DNA of 64,000 nucleotides, taken from the IMG/VR virus record IMGVR_UViG_3300044470_000095, positions 5,624-69,623 of that record. One strand, 5' to 3'. A program made the position numbers and the translations under genes. Positions 17,323-27,500 of this stretch are shown here, in pieces. Source of the DNA: a virus. Below the pieces are notes generated by a model. The model was not told the origin of the DNA. It worked only from the letters and a program-made list of their open reading frames with translations, and ran no database searches. The first letter of the stretch is position 1. Every line of letters starts with the position of its first letter.

Positions 17323-17369
17323 CTACCGCGCTGTGAAGCGCCACATCCCCTAGCGGGAAACTGAATTTT

Positions 17370-17456
17370 GGATATTTGGCTGAGTGGACTAAGGCAGCGG
17401 CTTGCTAAGCCGTAGGGTGTAATGCCCCGCACGTTCGAATCGTGCAATATCCGCCA
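17370..17456 (+). tRNA. tRNA-Ser(GCT)
   Basis: GGATATT/AATATCC acceptor stem, GCGGC-TTGCTAA-GCCGT, long variable arm, TTCGAAT, GCCA end. Confidence 0.95.
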
Positions 17457-17491
17457 GAGTTTCCATCCGTGCCGATCAGTCACGGACTTTC

Positions 17492-17524
17492 GCCGCGCCG
17501 TAAATGGCTGCGGCTTTTTTTATT
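17492..17524 (+). terminator. Rho-independent terminator
   Basis: GCCGCGCC..GGCTGCGGC followed by T7. Confidence 0.75.
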
Positions 17525-17536
17525 CAAGGACATCAA

Positions 17537-17842
17537 ATGTCGGTACTATCAGGCCCAGCAACGCCGGTATTTGAATCTGGCTTGCTATACAACAATATTA
17601 CGACCGCAACGACTGCGCTCGTCAAATCTGGCGCGGGCACGCTTGGCCGCCTAATCATCAACACTGCCGGCGCAGGGTCAAGCGCAGCTATTTACGACGG
17701 GTTATCAGCAAGTGGTACATTGATCGCTACGGTATCGACCGCAACCCAGAATAGCCTATCATTCGGCATCGCCTTCGCAGCCGGATTGTGTGTCGTGACT
17801 TCGGGTGGGTCGGCGGCAAATATCACTGTTGCTTATGCGTAA
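17537..17842 (+). CDS. Small beta-rich virion-type protein; paralog of 30313-30672
   Basis: NITTATTALVKSGAGTLGRLIINTAG. Confidence 0.7.
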   Translation: MSVLSGPATPVFESGLLYNNITTATTALVKSGAGTLGRLIINTAGAGSSAAIYDGLSASGTLIATVSTATQNSLSFGIAFAAGLCVVTSGGSAANITVAYA

Positions 17843-17868
17843 GCATCATTAAAGGCAAAACGTGAATA

Positions 17869-18429
17869 ATGCAAAGCGAACAGGAGAAATTATATAAAGC
17901 ATTGACGCCTTTGCAGCGGCAAGTTGCCGACAATGTTATAAAAAAAGGGATGAGTGGCGTAGATGCTTATAAAGCATCAAAAGGAAAGGCAAAGACCGAG
18001 AACGCTATTAAATCCGGGGCTAGCGAAATCCTTGCAAATCCTTACGTAATAGCATACATGGATTCCATGCGCTCTAGCGCCCTTAAAGACACCATCATGA
18101 CGCGAGAAGAGGCGCTAGAGCGACTTACGCGAACTGCCCGCACCTCGCTATCAGACCTGGTCGAATTCGGCTCCTACGAGGTCGAAACGACGGATGGCAA
18201 AAAGGTGAAACAATCTCTGTGGCGCATTAAGGATTCAGCAGCGCAAGATCCGGAAAAGATTGCCGCCATATCAGAGTTATCCGCTGGTAAGGATGGGTTG
18301 AAGATCAAGACGCATTCTTCGTTACAAGCCATTAAACAAATTAGCGACATGCAAGGATGGAACTTGCAAGGCGATGACGGTAAAGAAAAAGATTCCGATG
18401 TGCGTATTCATGGTGGATTGCCAGATTAA
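17869..18429 (+). CDS. terS: Terminase small subunit
   Basis: LTPLQ..DAYKAS...ASEILANP...MTREEALERL; upstream of terL. Confidence 0.85.
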   Translation: MQSEQEKLYKALTPLQRQVADNVIKKGMSGVDAYKASKGKAKTENAIKSGASEILANPYVIAYMDSMRSSALKDTIMTREEALERLTRTARTSLSDLVEFGSYEVETTDGKKVKQSLWRIKDSAAQDPEKIAAISELSAGKDGLKIKTHSSLQAIKQISDMQGWNLQGDDGKEKDSDVRIHGGLPD

Positions 18430-18502
18430 TTGTGCAGCACAACACACTATGGAAAGTCTCAAAAACGTCGGGTTAATACAATGACGGATTGTGCGGTGCG
18501 CA

Positions 18503-19780
18503 ATGCCTGATATTTATCTTCCAGTTCTGCATGCTGGGCAAGTCAATATCTGGCAAAAACGTACACGGCTGGATGTTATTCGATGCGGTCGGCGGTGGGG
18601 TAAGACGAAAGACCTTGTAACCATTGCCGGCGATGGCGCAGCTAAAGGGAAAAAGGTCGGCATTTTCACGCCAGAGCATAAGCAGCTTGCCGAGCCGTTT
18701 GATGAGTTGCGCGAGATATTGGCACCGATCACGAAATCGGTAAATTCGTCAAGCGGGATTATCCGCACCACGACGGATGGGAAACTAGATTTTTGGACGT
18801 TGAACGACAATGATCTAGCGGGGCGCGGCAGGGAATACGACATCGTTCTAATTGACGAGGCCGCATTCACAAAGAAAACCCAGATGTTGAATATCTGGAA
18901 AAAGTCGATCAAGCCGACAATGTTGACGACCAAGGGATTCGCCAGGGTCTATAGCACGCCTTATGGCGATGACCCTGAAAATTTCTTTTGGCAATGCTGC
19001 AATAACCCGGAACTAGGATTTACGGAATTTCACGCTCCAACAAGCAGCAACCCATATGTACCGGAAGATGAATTAGAAAAAGAACGGCTAAATAATCATC
19101 CACTTGTATTTCGGCAAGAATATTTGGCAGAGTTCGTTGATTGGTCTGGCGTAGCATTTTTTAGCGTAGACAGCCTCACGGTTGATGGACAAGGCGTACC
19201 AATGCCAAACGGATGCGATTACGTATTCGCCGTCATTGATTCAGCCATGAAAGACGGCAGTGGAAATGATGGCACGGCGGTTATTTATTGCGCGATCTCG
19301 AAGTATTATGGCCATAGAATGGTCATTCTAGATTGGGATATTGTGCAGATTAACTCTGATTTGCTGATTAATTGGTTGCCCAATGTTTTTGCGCAATTGG
19401 AATATTTCGCCAAATTAACAAAAGCACGTCTTGGCTCTGCTGGCGCATGGATCGAAGACAAGCAGTCCGGCATAACCCTAAACCAACATTCTGTGCGTAT
19501 GGGGTGGCCGGCACGAGCGATTGAGGGCGATATTACAGCGGTCGGTAAGGATGGCCGCGCGATTGGTGCATCTGGCCCGGTATATCGTGGTGAAGTCAAA
19601 ATTAGCCAACCAGCATTTGAAAAAACCAAAGAATTTAAGGGGCAGAATCGTAATCACTGCCTTTCGCAAATTACGTCATATAGGATAGGCGACAAGGACG
19701 CGGCAAAGCGCAGCGATGACTTGGCAGACTGTTTTACATATGCCGTCATCATTGGATTAAACGGCCCAGATGGGTTTTAG
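18503..19780 (+). CDS. terL: Terminase large subunit
   Basis: CGRRWGKT Walker A, LIDEAAF Walker B, FRQEYLAEF, DDLAD nuclease motif. Confidence 0.95.
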   Translation: MPDIYLPVLHAGQVNIWQKRTRLDVIRCGRRWGKTKDLVTIAGDGAAKGKKVGIFTPEHKQLAEPFDELREILAPITKSVNSSSGIIRTTTDGKLDFWTLNDNDLAGRGREYDIVLIDEAAFTKKTQMLNIWKKSIKPTMLTTKGFARVYSTPYGDDPENFFWQCCNNPELGFTEFHAPTSSNPYVPEDELEKERLNNHPLVFRQEYLAEFVDWSGVAFFSVDSLTVDGQGVPMPNGCDYVFAVIDSAMKDGSGNDGTAVIYCAISKYYGHRMVILDWDIVQINSDLLINWLPNVFAQLEYFAKLTKARLGSAGAWIEDKQSGITLNQHSVRMGWPARAIEGDITAVGKDGRAIGASGPVYRGEVKISQPAFEKTKEFKGQNRNHCLSQITSYRIGDKDAAKRSDDLADCFTYAVIIGLNGPDGF

Positions 19781-19788
19781 GATAATTA

Positions 19789-21219
19789 ATGTCTGAAATC
19801 TCATTGAATGGAAGCTGCGTCGGAAACGCTCTATCCGATCTGTTGATGTATGACGAGCTGCAACCAGGCGACGAAGTAAGCTATCAGGCTTGCAAAAATA
19901 TATTCATGTATCACCCGCTTGGCCGGAAAATGGCCGAGCTTCCCGTTTCAATGGCAATGAGCCAGCGCCGGGAGATTACGGTTCCTGGTGCGCCTGAAAA
20001 GATGATTGTCGACGCATTCCTGCGAGAATGGGATGCGCTGCAAGCCGATAGGCATATTGCGAACGTCAAGGTATTGAGCCGCGTGTATGGCGTGGCATCG
20101 ATCATCTATGGCGCTGAGGGCGTGCCGACTGATAGGCCAATCGATCCGAACTCGCTATTCGATCTGGAAATTTATTTTAACGATCTTGACCCGCTCAATA
20201 CCGCCGGCAGTCTGGTATTGAATCAAGACCCGAATGCGCCTGATTTTCAGAAACATGCCGCAATCACAGTAGCGGGACAGGTATATCATCGCAGCCGTTC
20301 ATGTACGATCATGAACGAAAACCCGATTTATATCGGATACACCAATTCCGGCTTCGGCTATGTCGGGCGGTCAGTCTATCAGCGCGCATTTTTCCCGCTG
20401 AAGTCGTTTGTCCAGTCGATGATTACCGATGACTTGGTGACGAAAAAAGCCGGTGTATTGGTCGCCAAGATGAAGCAAGCTGGGTCTGTGGTTGACCGGG
20501 CGATGCTGGCGTTTCAGGGAATCAAGCGTAATCTTTTGAAAGAAGCCAAGACGACAAATGTCATTGGCATCGGCACTGATGAGTCTATCGAGACTCTCAA
20601 TATGCAAAACGCAGATACGGCCATGACCGTTGCGCGCAAGAATATTCTGGAAAACATTGCCGCAGCTTCGGCGATGCCAGCAAAATTGCTTAATTCGGAA
20701 TCGTTCGCGGAAGGGTTCGGAGAGGGCACGGAAGACGCGAAGGATATTGTTCGATTCCTGAACGGCATGCGTATTGAAATGCAGCCGCTCTACGATTTTT
20801 TCGATCCGATTGTCATGCGCCGCGCATGGAATCCCGAGTTCTATAAAACTGTGCAAGCAGAAATCCCAGAATATCGGAAAATCGGCTACACGCAAGCGTT
20901 TTACGAATGGAAGAATGCGTTCAAGGCGGTTTGGCCGAATTTGATCGAGGAAGCGCCAGGCGAGGCCAGCAAGGAAGATAAAGTAAAAATGGATGCGGCG
21001 GTCGCCATTCTCGAAACGCTGATGCCGCAGATGGACCCAGACAACAAGATCGCGTTAATGGATTGGTTCTCCTCCAACATCGGAGAGTGCAAGAATATTT
21101 TCCCGCACCCGCTTGTGTTGGATATGGATGCTTTGCGTAATTACGAACCGCCAGCACCGCCGTCAATGGGCGAGGATGGATCAGATGGCAAGTCGGAATC
21201 TACGGAAACCAAGGCTTGA
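19789..21219 (+). CDS. Portal protein (DUF1073-like)
   Basis: Follows terL; SRVYG, YHRSR, GRSVYQR patterns. Confidence 0.85.
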   Translation: MSEISLNGSCVGNALSDLLMYDELQPGDEVSYQACKNIFMYHPLGRKMAELPVSMAMSQRREITVPGAPEKMIVDAFLREWDALQADRHIANVKVLSRVYGVASIIYGAEGVPTDRPIDPNSLFDLEIYFNDLDPLNTAGSLVLNQDPNAPDFQKHAAITVAGQVYHRSRSCTIMNENPIYIGYTNSGFGYVGRSVYQRAFFPLKSFVQSMITDDLVTKKAGVLVAKMKQAGSVVDRAMLAFQGIKRNLLKEAKTTNVIGIGTDESIETLNMQNADTAMTVARKNILENIAAASAMPAKLLNSESFAEGFGEGTEDAKDIVRFLNGMRIEMQPLYDFFDPIVMRRAWNPEFYKTVQAEIPEYRKIGYTQAFYEWKNAFKAVWPNLIEEAPGEASKEDKVKMDAAVAILETLMPQMDPDNKIALMDWFSSNIGECKNIFPHPLVLDMDALRNYEPPAPPSMGEDGSDGKSESTETKA

Positions 21220-21491
21220 GACGTTGGTTTCTTGGTCTTTGGCTTGATTCCTTGTTGTGATTCTGGCTTTGCTGGCGGGGCATCAATTCCCAATGCAATC
21301 TGGATATCATATTGCGGTGATTGATCCGGTCGAATGATTTCAATTTCCGTTGTTGGTGGCAAATCGAAATGCTTGATTGCGCGGCGCACGATGATTTCAA
21401 ATGATCGTTGCGATAGCGGCCCGGACAGATGCACAGACGCATCGATCTGCGAGCGGACAAAGCCTTTGATGTCTTCGATGTTGTGTGTCAT
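21141..21491 (-). CDS. Hypothetical protein; paralog of 21488-21787
   Basis: Shared IK.F(V/I)R.Q...PL..RS..II..RAI..F.LP.T pattern. Confidence 0.65.
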   Translation of the reverse strand: MTHNIEDIKGFVRSQIDASVHLSGPLSQRSFEIIVRRAIKHFDLPPTTEIEIIRPDQSPQYDIQIALGIDAPPAKPESQQGIKPKTKKPTSQALVSVDSDLPSDPSSPIDGGAGGS

Positions 21492-21787
21492 TTTTCGTTT
21501 CCTTGTATTTGAAAATAGTCATCGGCATCACGGTATCCGGGGATGTCGATTTCAATGTCAGTTAGATAATCCCTAGTATATTGGGAAGTATCGCTTCTAA
21601 AAGTGACGATGATACTGCGGCTGAATGAAACGACGATATCTGCCGTTTCTGGAAGTTCAAACTTTCGGATGGCACGGTCGCGGATTATTGAATACGAACG
21701 CTCGGTTAATGGCGCTTTAGTAAGCTTCATGGTTGATTCTACTTGTTCACGAATAAACTTTTTAACCTCTTCCTTGCTGTCGGTCAT
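21488..21787 (-). CDS. Hypothetical protein; paralog of 21141-21491
   Basis: ATGA-coupled; shared motif. Confidence 0.7.
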   Translation of the reverse strand: MTDSKEEVKKFIREQVESTMKLTKAPLTERSYSIIRDRAIRKFELPETADIVVSFSRSIIVTFRSDTSQYTRDYLTDIEIDIPGYRDADDYFQIQGNEK

Positions 21788-22113
21788 AGGATTCCTATTC
21801 GGTTCGAATTGTGAATGTGTATGCAGTATGTAATTGGCGGAAGCTCGCGAACTCCGAGAAAATATTCAAGCGCATCGGGAGAGCAGGTTTTTGTATCGAT
21901 TTCGACGGTTGCCATGAATCCATCGCTGCGCCGACTCACGCCAGCAAGCTTGACGCCATTCGGCATTAAATGCGCGCACAGTGCCATAAACGACGCCTCT
22001 TGTGATATTGGAGAGTCTGGCGCTTTGGTTAGCAGCAAATCAAGCATCGCGTCATTGAGATAGCCATGCAACCACGATAGTAGTTGTTCTTGCGTGGCGT
22101 TATCGGGCGGCAT
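21784..22113 (-). CDS. Hypothetical protein
   Basis: Likely start MPPDNATQ with AGGGG RBS. Confidence 0.55.
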   Translation of the reverse strand: MPPDNATQEQLLSWLHGYLNDAMLDLLLTKAPDSPISQEASFMALCAHLMPNGVKLAGVSRRSDGFMATVEIDTKTCSPDALEYFLGVRELPPITYCIHIHNSNRIGIL

Positions 22114-22439
22114 GTTCAAACCCCTTTTTGGTTGCGTAGTTGGTGCATTAAACACATTTGCGTTTTCTCCCAATCAATCAATACCCGGGGCGTAATCGGG
22201 AGTTTTTTGGGGATAACCATCACAATGGTGCGCCGTAATACGAATTTTCGTGCCGATCCTTGAGCTTAACCAGTTTTTTAGCGGCGCGAATAAAAATTGC
22301 GAGTAATTCCGCGCCTTGCATGTGAGTTCGTTCTTTCATATGTCGTCCGCGCACTCTTGCGTTTTTTCTTTGCCGCAAGTGCATTTGAAATCATAATCGT
22401 CGTTTATATCGACTTGATCGCGGTCGTTTAGTTCGATGT

Positions 22440-22745
22440 TCATCGCGTCACGATCCTTATGTATTTTGGAGTAACAAGCGTGATGGTGTAAGTATTGCCC
22501 ATTCCGCAGATGTATTGATACGATGCTTGCTCTTGTTGTACAACATACAATAGCTTATTGCACGGATAGCCAAAATTGATTATCTCGCCAGACATCGCAA
22601 TAGCGCGCTTTTCGCTCAGTTGCCACCACTTTGATTGATCTTGATTCTGGAGCAAGTAAATATGGAAATGTTCAGACAGCGGAATTGATTGAGATCGGGA
22701 GAGGCTTGCGACAGCTATTAAGATGCAAAAAATAAAGGTTTTCAT
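22440..22745 (-). CDS. Small exported protein
   Basis: Signal-peptide-like N-terminus; GYPC...YICG Cys pair. Confidence 0.6.
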   Translation of the reverse strand: MKTFIFCILIAVASLSRSQSIPLSEHFHIYLLQNQDQSKWWQLSEKRAIAMSGEIINFGYPCNKLLYVVQQEQASYQYICGMGNTYTITLVTPKYIRIVTR

Positions 22746-22903
22746 TTCGATTCCCTTTCGGCAATAAGTTCTTTGTAAGCCTTGGATTTATAAAGCCCGG
22801 ACACGACCATGCTGACCTTCATCGCGGCTTGTGTGCCGGATAAGGCGGGATTGGCTCGCATCAAGCGAATTGCTTTTTCGGTTTTGGTCAATGTAATCTC
22901 CAT
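22742..22903 (-). CDS. Small HTH-like protein (53 aa) heading the reverse cassette
   Basis: MEITLTKTEKAIRLMRANPALSGTQAAMKV..SGLYKSK; ATGA overlap with the next gene. Confidence 0.55.
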   Translation of the reverse strand: MEITLTKTEKAIRLMRANPALSGTQAAMKVSMVVSGLYKSKAYKELIAERESK

Positions 22904-22943
22904 AAAAATAACTACACCACAGTATATACACGAATAGGCGATT

Positions 22944-23753
22944 GTGGCAAATTTTTACGATACGATCACCGAAGCGATCCGGGATATCGAGGCGCATGGC
23001 TTCGACAGCGAGCAGCGGATCACACGATGGATCGGATTAATTGAGCAAGCCGCAAAAGATTCGATGACGCCGGAGCATGTGGTAAATCAGGCCCTATCCG
23101 GCATGATGCAAGGCATCTACAAAAAGATGATCGAGCGCGGCGGCATCATGAAAATGCACAAGGGTATTTCGCGCTTTACGATTGACCGGCTGTCGCCGAA
23201 ACTGCGCAATGAGTTGGATCGCCGGATCATGGCAAGCGCCCAGCTTATCAAATTAAACCGCCAGCAAGCCATTGCGCAGACCATCCAGCGGTTTAGCGGG
23301 TGGGCATCATCAATACCTGGGGGCGGCAGCAAAGCGGTTGATGTGATGGACGTTAAGGCCAATCTCAAGAAGTCGTTTTCAGCGCAGACTTATGAATATC
23401 GCCGAGTTGCTATTGACCAGGGGCATAAACTAGTTGCCTCGCTGAATGAAATCATTGCGGTAGATGGTGGAGCGATTGCAGGGGAATGGAATAGCCATTG
23501 GCGGCAAAAAAATTACTCTTTTCGGCCAGACCATAAAGCGCGGGATGGCAAGGTCTATGCAATTCGCGGTAATTGGGCCTTAGAAAAAGGCTTGATGACA
23601 AAAGGCGCAGGTTACTACGACGATATGACGGCTGCGGGTGAAGAGGTATTTTGCAGATGCAGTGTTACGTGGCTTTACAATCTCCGAGACCTTCCACCCG
23701 AGATGCTCACGGCGGCGGGTGAAAAAGCTCTCGAATCAGCAAGAATGCAATAA
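22944..23753 (+). CDS. Head morphogenesis protein (MuF/SPP1 gp7-like)
   Basis: W.SHW..Y..RPDH..RDGK.Y...GEEVFCRC. Confidence 0.85.
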   Translation: MANFYDTITEAIRDIEAHGFDSEQRITRWIGLIEQAAKDSMTPEHVVNQALSGMMQGIYKKMIERGGIMKMHKGISRFTIDRLSPKLRNELDRRIMASAQLIKLNRQQAIAQTIQRFSGWASSIPGGGSKAVDVMDVKANLKKSFSAQTYEYRRVAIDQGHKLVASLNEIIAVDGGAIAGEWNSHWRQKNYSFRPDHKARDGKVYAIRGNWALEKGLMTKGAGYYDDMTAAGEEVFCRCSVTWLYNLRDLPPEMLTAAGEKALESARMQ

Positions 23754-23773
23754 ACCAAACAACAAACAAACAC

Positions 23774-23799
23774 AAGCCGCCTTCGGGCGGTTTTTTATT
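23774..23799 (+). terminator. Rho-independent terminator
   Basis: GCCGCC-TTCG-GGCGG followed by T6. Confidence 0.8.
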
Positions 23800-23809
23800 G
23801 GGAAAACAA

Positions 23810-25567
23810 ATGACAGATGCGCTTATTCCAAAAGACGCCGCTGGAATCGCGTTAATGTCGAACGGCAAGGTGCTGTTGCTGAAGCGTGGCGACGGCGGCG
23901 ATTACCCCGGTCATTGGTGCTTCCCAGGTGGCCATTCTGAAATAGGCGAGAGCGCAGAGCAAACGGCCCTACGCGAGACTTTGGAAGAGTCGGGCTATGC
24001 TGTTATAGGCAGCTTGAAACAAATCGCTTACACGGCAAATGGCGATATCAATTTCACGACATTCGGCAAGAACGTGCAGGAATTTGAGCCGACGCTTTCG
24101 GATGAACATGCCGAGGCCGGATGGTTTGAATCCGGCAAATACCCGGAACCATTGCACCCCGGATGCAAGCTGATTCTCGACGGCCCGGCGCTTGACGCAA
24201 TCGATATCCGCAAGATGAACGAGCTGGACATCGCTCGCGCAATGTCTGCGGGGTACGTTTCATCGCCGCAACGCTATATGAATGTGTGGCTGTTCGCAAT
24301 CCGCATTACCGGAACCGGCGTAGCGTATCGCAAGAGCCTGGAAGAGTTCGTTTTTCGCAATCCAGAGATGTATCTCAACGATGATTTTCTGGCGCGATGC
24401 AACGGCCTGCAAGTGATTGCCGAGCATCCAGAAAAAGCCACGCTCAACAACGCGGAATTTCAAGATAGAACAATCGGCTCGATCTTCTTGCCCTATATCC
24501 AAGGCAATGAGGTTTGGGGCATAGCAAAAATTTATGACGCCAAAGCGGCGGATGTCATGGCGAAATTCCAGCTATCGACATCGCCCACTGTCGTATTCAG
24601 CAATCCAGTAGCAAACAGCACTATCACGCTGGATGATGGTGCAGCCCTTTTAATCGAGGGCAAACCAAGTCTTCTCGACCACGTAGCAATTTGTATTCGC
24701 GGTGTTTGGGATAAAGGCGGTCCGCCATCCGGCGTGTCAACTAATCAACTCGAAGGAAATGAAATGACAGAAGCAGAACTGAAAGCCAAAGCGGACGCCG
24801 AGGCGCAGGAAAAGGAAGCCGAAGCGAAAGCCAAGGCCAAGGCAGACAGCGAAGCCGCTGCCAAGGCCGATGCAGAAACTGCGCGTTGGGGTAAATTCAT
24901 GGATACCCTTGACAAGATCAATAAGCGCATGGATTCGCTTGAATCGAATCTGCCAGCGCCCACGATGACTGCTGCCGACAAGGCCAAGAAGGACGCAGAG
25001 GAAGAAGCCAAGAAAAAGGCTGACGCCGACATCGAAGAAAAAAAGAAAGTCGCCGCTGACAAAGCGAAAAAGGACGCGGAAGAAGACGCCAAGGCAAAAG
25101 CCGACGCGGAAGAAACCCGCAAGCGCATCGCCGATCTGGAAGCAAATTTGCCGAAGCGCGTTTCGGATGACGACTATGCGCAGATGGCCGATTGCCAAAT
25201 GAAAGCCGATAGCGTCTATTCGGCGTTCGGAGATTCAGCACCATCTCCGATTCGGAGTGAAAACTTGATGTCGTACAAAAAGCGCTTGCTGCACGGCTTG
25301 AAATCGAATAGCCCAGCATGGAAAGCGGTCGACATTTACAAGCTCGATGATTCCGTTGTTGGCATCGCCGAAGCGCAAATTTACGCCGACTCGATCCAAG
25401 TCGCAAATCATCCTATCGATATCGCCGCAGGCACTTTGCGCAAGATCGAAAAGAAAGACGAAAACGGTCAATTGATCCGCACTTTCGTCGGTGACCCGGA
25501 AGCGTGGATGGACGCATTCAAATCTCCCAACATGAAGCAAGTCGGCATCTCGAAAGGTAATCAATAA
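23810..25567 (+). CDS. NUDIX hydrolase fused to a DUF2213-type prohead protease/scaffold
   Basis: Nudix box GGHSEIGESAEQTALRETLEESG; LLDHVAIC..GVWDK; KADAE-rich coiled coil. Confidence 0.85.
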   Translation: MTDALIPKDAAGIALMSNGKVLLLKRGDGGDYPGHWCFPGGHSEIGESAEQTALRETLEESGYAVIGSLKQIAYTANGDINFTTFGKNVQEFEPTLSDEHAEAGWFESGKYPEPLHPGCKLILDGPALDAIDIRKMNELDIARAMSAGYVSSPQRYMNVWLFAIRITGTGVAYRKSLEEFVFRNPEMYLNDDFLARCNGLQVIAEHPEKATLNNAEFQDRTIGSIFLPYIQGNEVWGIAKIYDAKAADVMAKFQLSTSPTVVFSNPVANSTITLDDGAALLIEGKPSLLDHVAICIRGVWDKGGPPSGVSTNQLEGNEMTEAELKAKADAEAQEKEAEAKAKAKADSEAAAKADAETARWGKFMDTLDKINKRMDSLESNLPAPTMTAADKAKKDAEEEAKKKADADIEEKKKVAADKAKKDAEEDAKAKADAEETRKRIADLEANLPKRVSDDDYAQMADCQMKADSVYSAFGDSAPSPIRSENLMSYKKRLLHGLKSNSPAWKAVDIYKLDDSVVGIAEAQIYADSIQVANHPIDIAAGTLRKIEKKDENGQLIRTFVGDPEAWMDAFKSPNMKQVGISKGNQ

Positions 25568-26451
25568 TGGCCTCGCAAATCTCTTTTAACCCGATGCTGA
25601 CTACTACCGTCGGCAATGGCTTCAGCATCCAGTCTGAAGGCTACGTTCAAGGCCAAGCCCTTGACGACCCGGCAATCCGCTATCAATTGGCAAACGGCGT
25701 TTTGGCGTCTACGGAAACATTCCCGATGTGGGGCGGCGTGGCAATTTACGAAAATATTCCGAATCCGGGGCTGAACAACGTCATGGGCGGGAATGTCGGC
25801 CGCGCCACAAGCAACGCCAATATCACCGGCTTCAGCGTGTTCAACCAGGGTCGCGCGATGGTCAACTGGCCGCAAAACCAAGTCCCTATCGCACTGCCGT
25901 TGATGTCCGTTCCTCTTTTCCGGCTCGGTTCTGGTGCGCGCATTCCGGTCGCTTGCGATTCATCGCTGGCATCGTTGCAAGGCGGTCTGATTAACCAGCA
26001 GGTCACATGGGACATCAACAACCAAGTGCTGCAACCGTATGACGCATCGACCGCAACGTATTCGTTGACCTCGATCACTTCCAGCTACTCAGCGACTACC
26101 GGGCTTTACACGTTCGCCGTGGTCGCTGCCGTCGCTACTCTGGTTGGTGGCGTCGGTGATAGCATCAATATCGGCGGCGTTACCGGCACTGGCGCTGCGC
26201 TGGTCAACGGCGATCAGGTCGTGACCGCATGGACTGACAGCCAGCATTTCAGCTTCCAGGTGGCGGCGGCATCGGGCGCAATCGCAACCGGCGCGCTGTC
26301 CGGCACGTTGGTATTGAATTCGGGCACTGGCGCATTGAATGTCAAGGTTCTTGAGGTCAATGTCGGCAATAGCAAAACTGTCGTGTGGAGTCCTACTTTG
26401 CTTACCGCAAACTGGAATTACAGCGGTACGGTTGCTCTCATTCAAATCTAA
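25567..26451 (+). CDS. Head decoration/cement protein
   Basis: Between protease and capsid genes; PMWGGVAI, RLGSGARIPV. Confidence 0.75.
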   Translation: MASQISFNPMLTTTVGNGFSIQSEGYVQGQALDDPAIRYQLANGVLASTETFPMWGGVAIYENIPNPGLNNVMGGNVGRATSNANITGFSVFNQGRAMVNWPQNQVPIALPLMSVPLFRLGSGARIPVACDSSLASLQGGLINQQVTWDINNQVLQPYDASTATYSLTSITSSYSATTGLYTFAVVAAVATLVGGVGDSINIGGVTGTGAALVNGDQVVTAWTDSQHFSFQVAAASGAIATGALSGTLVLNSGTGALNVKVLEVNVGNSKTVVWSPTLLTANWNYSGTVALIQI

Positions 26452-26463
26452 GGAGCCAAGGAA

Positions 26464-27480
26464 ATGGCAAATCAAGCATCAAGCTACACAATCCAGAATC
26501 CCGCGTATATCGTACCGGAAATTCTGACCACCTACCAGCAAGCGTCGGGCGCATTCAACCTGCTTGCTGGCGGCAATCCAATGGTGCGCCTGAGTGATGG
26601 CGACTTGCAGGTCTACATCAAACATTTGGACGTTCGCACCAAAGTCGGTGCCGGCCAATCCGCCGCAAATCTGTTGCCTGGCGTGGACATCACGACCGAC
26701 ATGATTTCGACGCCGACGTACATGTTTCGCATGCGCTCGGAATACGATCACCATGACACGGCGTCGATGGGTCGCTGGGGCATCTCGATTGTGGAAGCGC
26801 AACGTCTTGGCGCTCGCCAAGGTATTTTCCAGCAATTGCGCAACGTCCTTTTGTTCGGGTTCAACCCGGCAAACGGCGAAGGTTTGATGAATGCGCAATT
26901 CGCCACTACGATGAATCTGCCTGCCGATACCAATGGCAATACCTCGATCAGCACTTACGACAGCGGCCAGTTGGGGCAATTCATCGCCATTCAAATCGGC
27001 GCGGCGAAAGTTCGTTGCAATCAAATCGGCATGCCTGCCCGCGTGACCATTTTGACGACTCAACATGTCATGGAAATGCTGTCGTATCAGGTCGTGCAGT
27101 TGACTCAATACCAGCGTCCAGGCGCTGGCGTTACGTCGCCTGCTGGCGTGGCAACCGATGTCGCCGGATGGATGGGCGACGAGGTAACATGGTCTTGCGA
27201 TGATACATTGATCGGCAAGGGTGCTGGCGGTAACGACGTTATCATCATCTCGATTCCCGAGGTCAAAAAGCCGGTTGTGGACAAGATCAACACAAATTAC
27301 TTTGCACAGATCACTCCCGGCCTCGCCGCGTGCAATTTGCAATACATGGACATGGCCGCGCCGCGTGAACTGCCCTGCCCGATTCCGGGCGGCGCAATCG
27401 ATATCACGTCGGAACTGTGCGCAACATCCGGATGGGCTGTTCGCGGCCAAGCAACAACCATCATTTCCTGCGCATTTTAG
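26464..27480 (+). CDS. Major capsid protein
   Basis: 338 aa, expected position, followed by a terminator. Confidence 0.8.
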   Translation: MANQASSYTIQNPAYIVPEILTTYQQASGAFNLLAGGNPMVRLSDGDLQVYIKHLDVRTKVGAGQSAANLLPGVDITTDMISTPTYMFRMRSEYDHHDTASMGRWGISIVEAQRLGARQGIFQQLRNVLLFGFNPANGEGLMNAQFATTMNLPADTNGNTSISTYDSGQLGQFIAIQIGAAKVRCNQIGMPARVTILTTQHVMEMLSYQVVQLTQYQRPGAGVTSPAGVATDVAGWMGDEVTWSCDDTLIGKGAGGNDVIIISIPEVKKPVVDKINTNYFAQITPGLAACNLQYMDMAAPRELPCPIPGGAIDITSELCATSGWAVRGQATTIISCAF

Positions 27481-27500
27481 TCCAGGTGGGATGCTGCATT

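Noticed and set aside
17323-17369. HDV-like (theta) ribozyme after the tRNA-like gene
   Set aside because: Only simple hairpins; I could not build the nested double pseudoknot
19789-21219. Portal as an anti-CBASS Acb1 fusion
   Set aside because: 476 aa with no additional 2H-phosphoesterase (HxT/S) domain; it looks like portal only
26479-27450. Long antisense ORFs (also 58362-58877, 62415-62828, 48379-49188)
   Set aside because: Shadows of codon bias or repeats in genuine opposite-strand genes; no RBS or recognisable motifs
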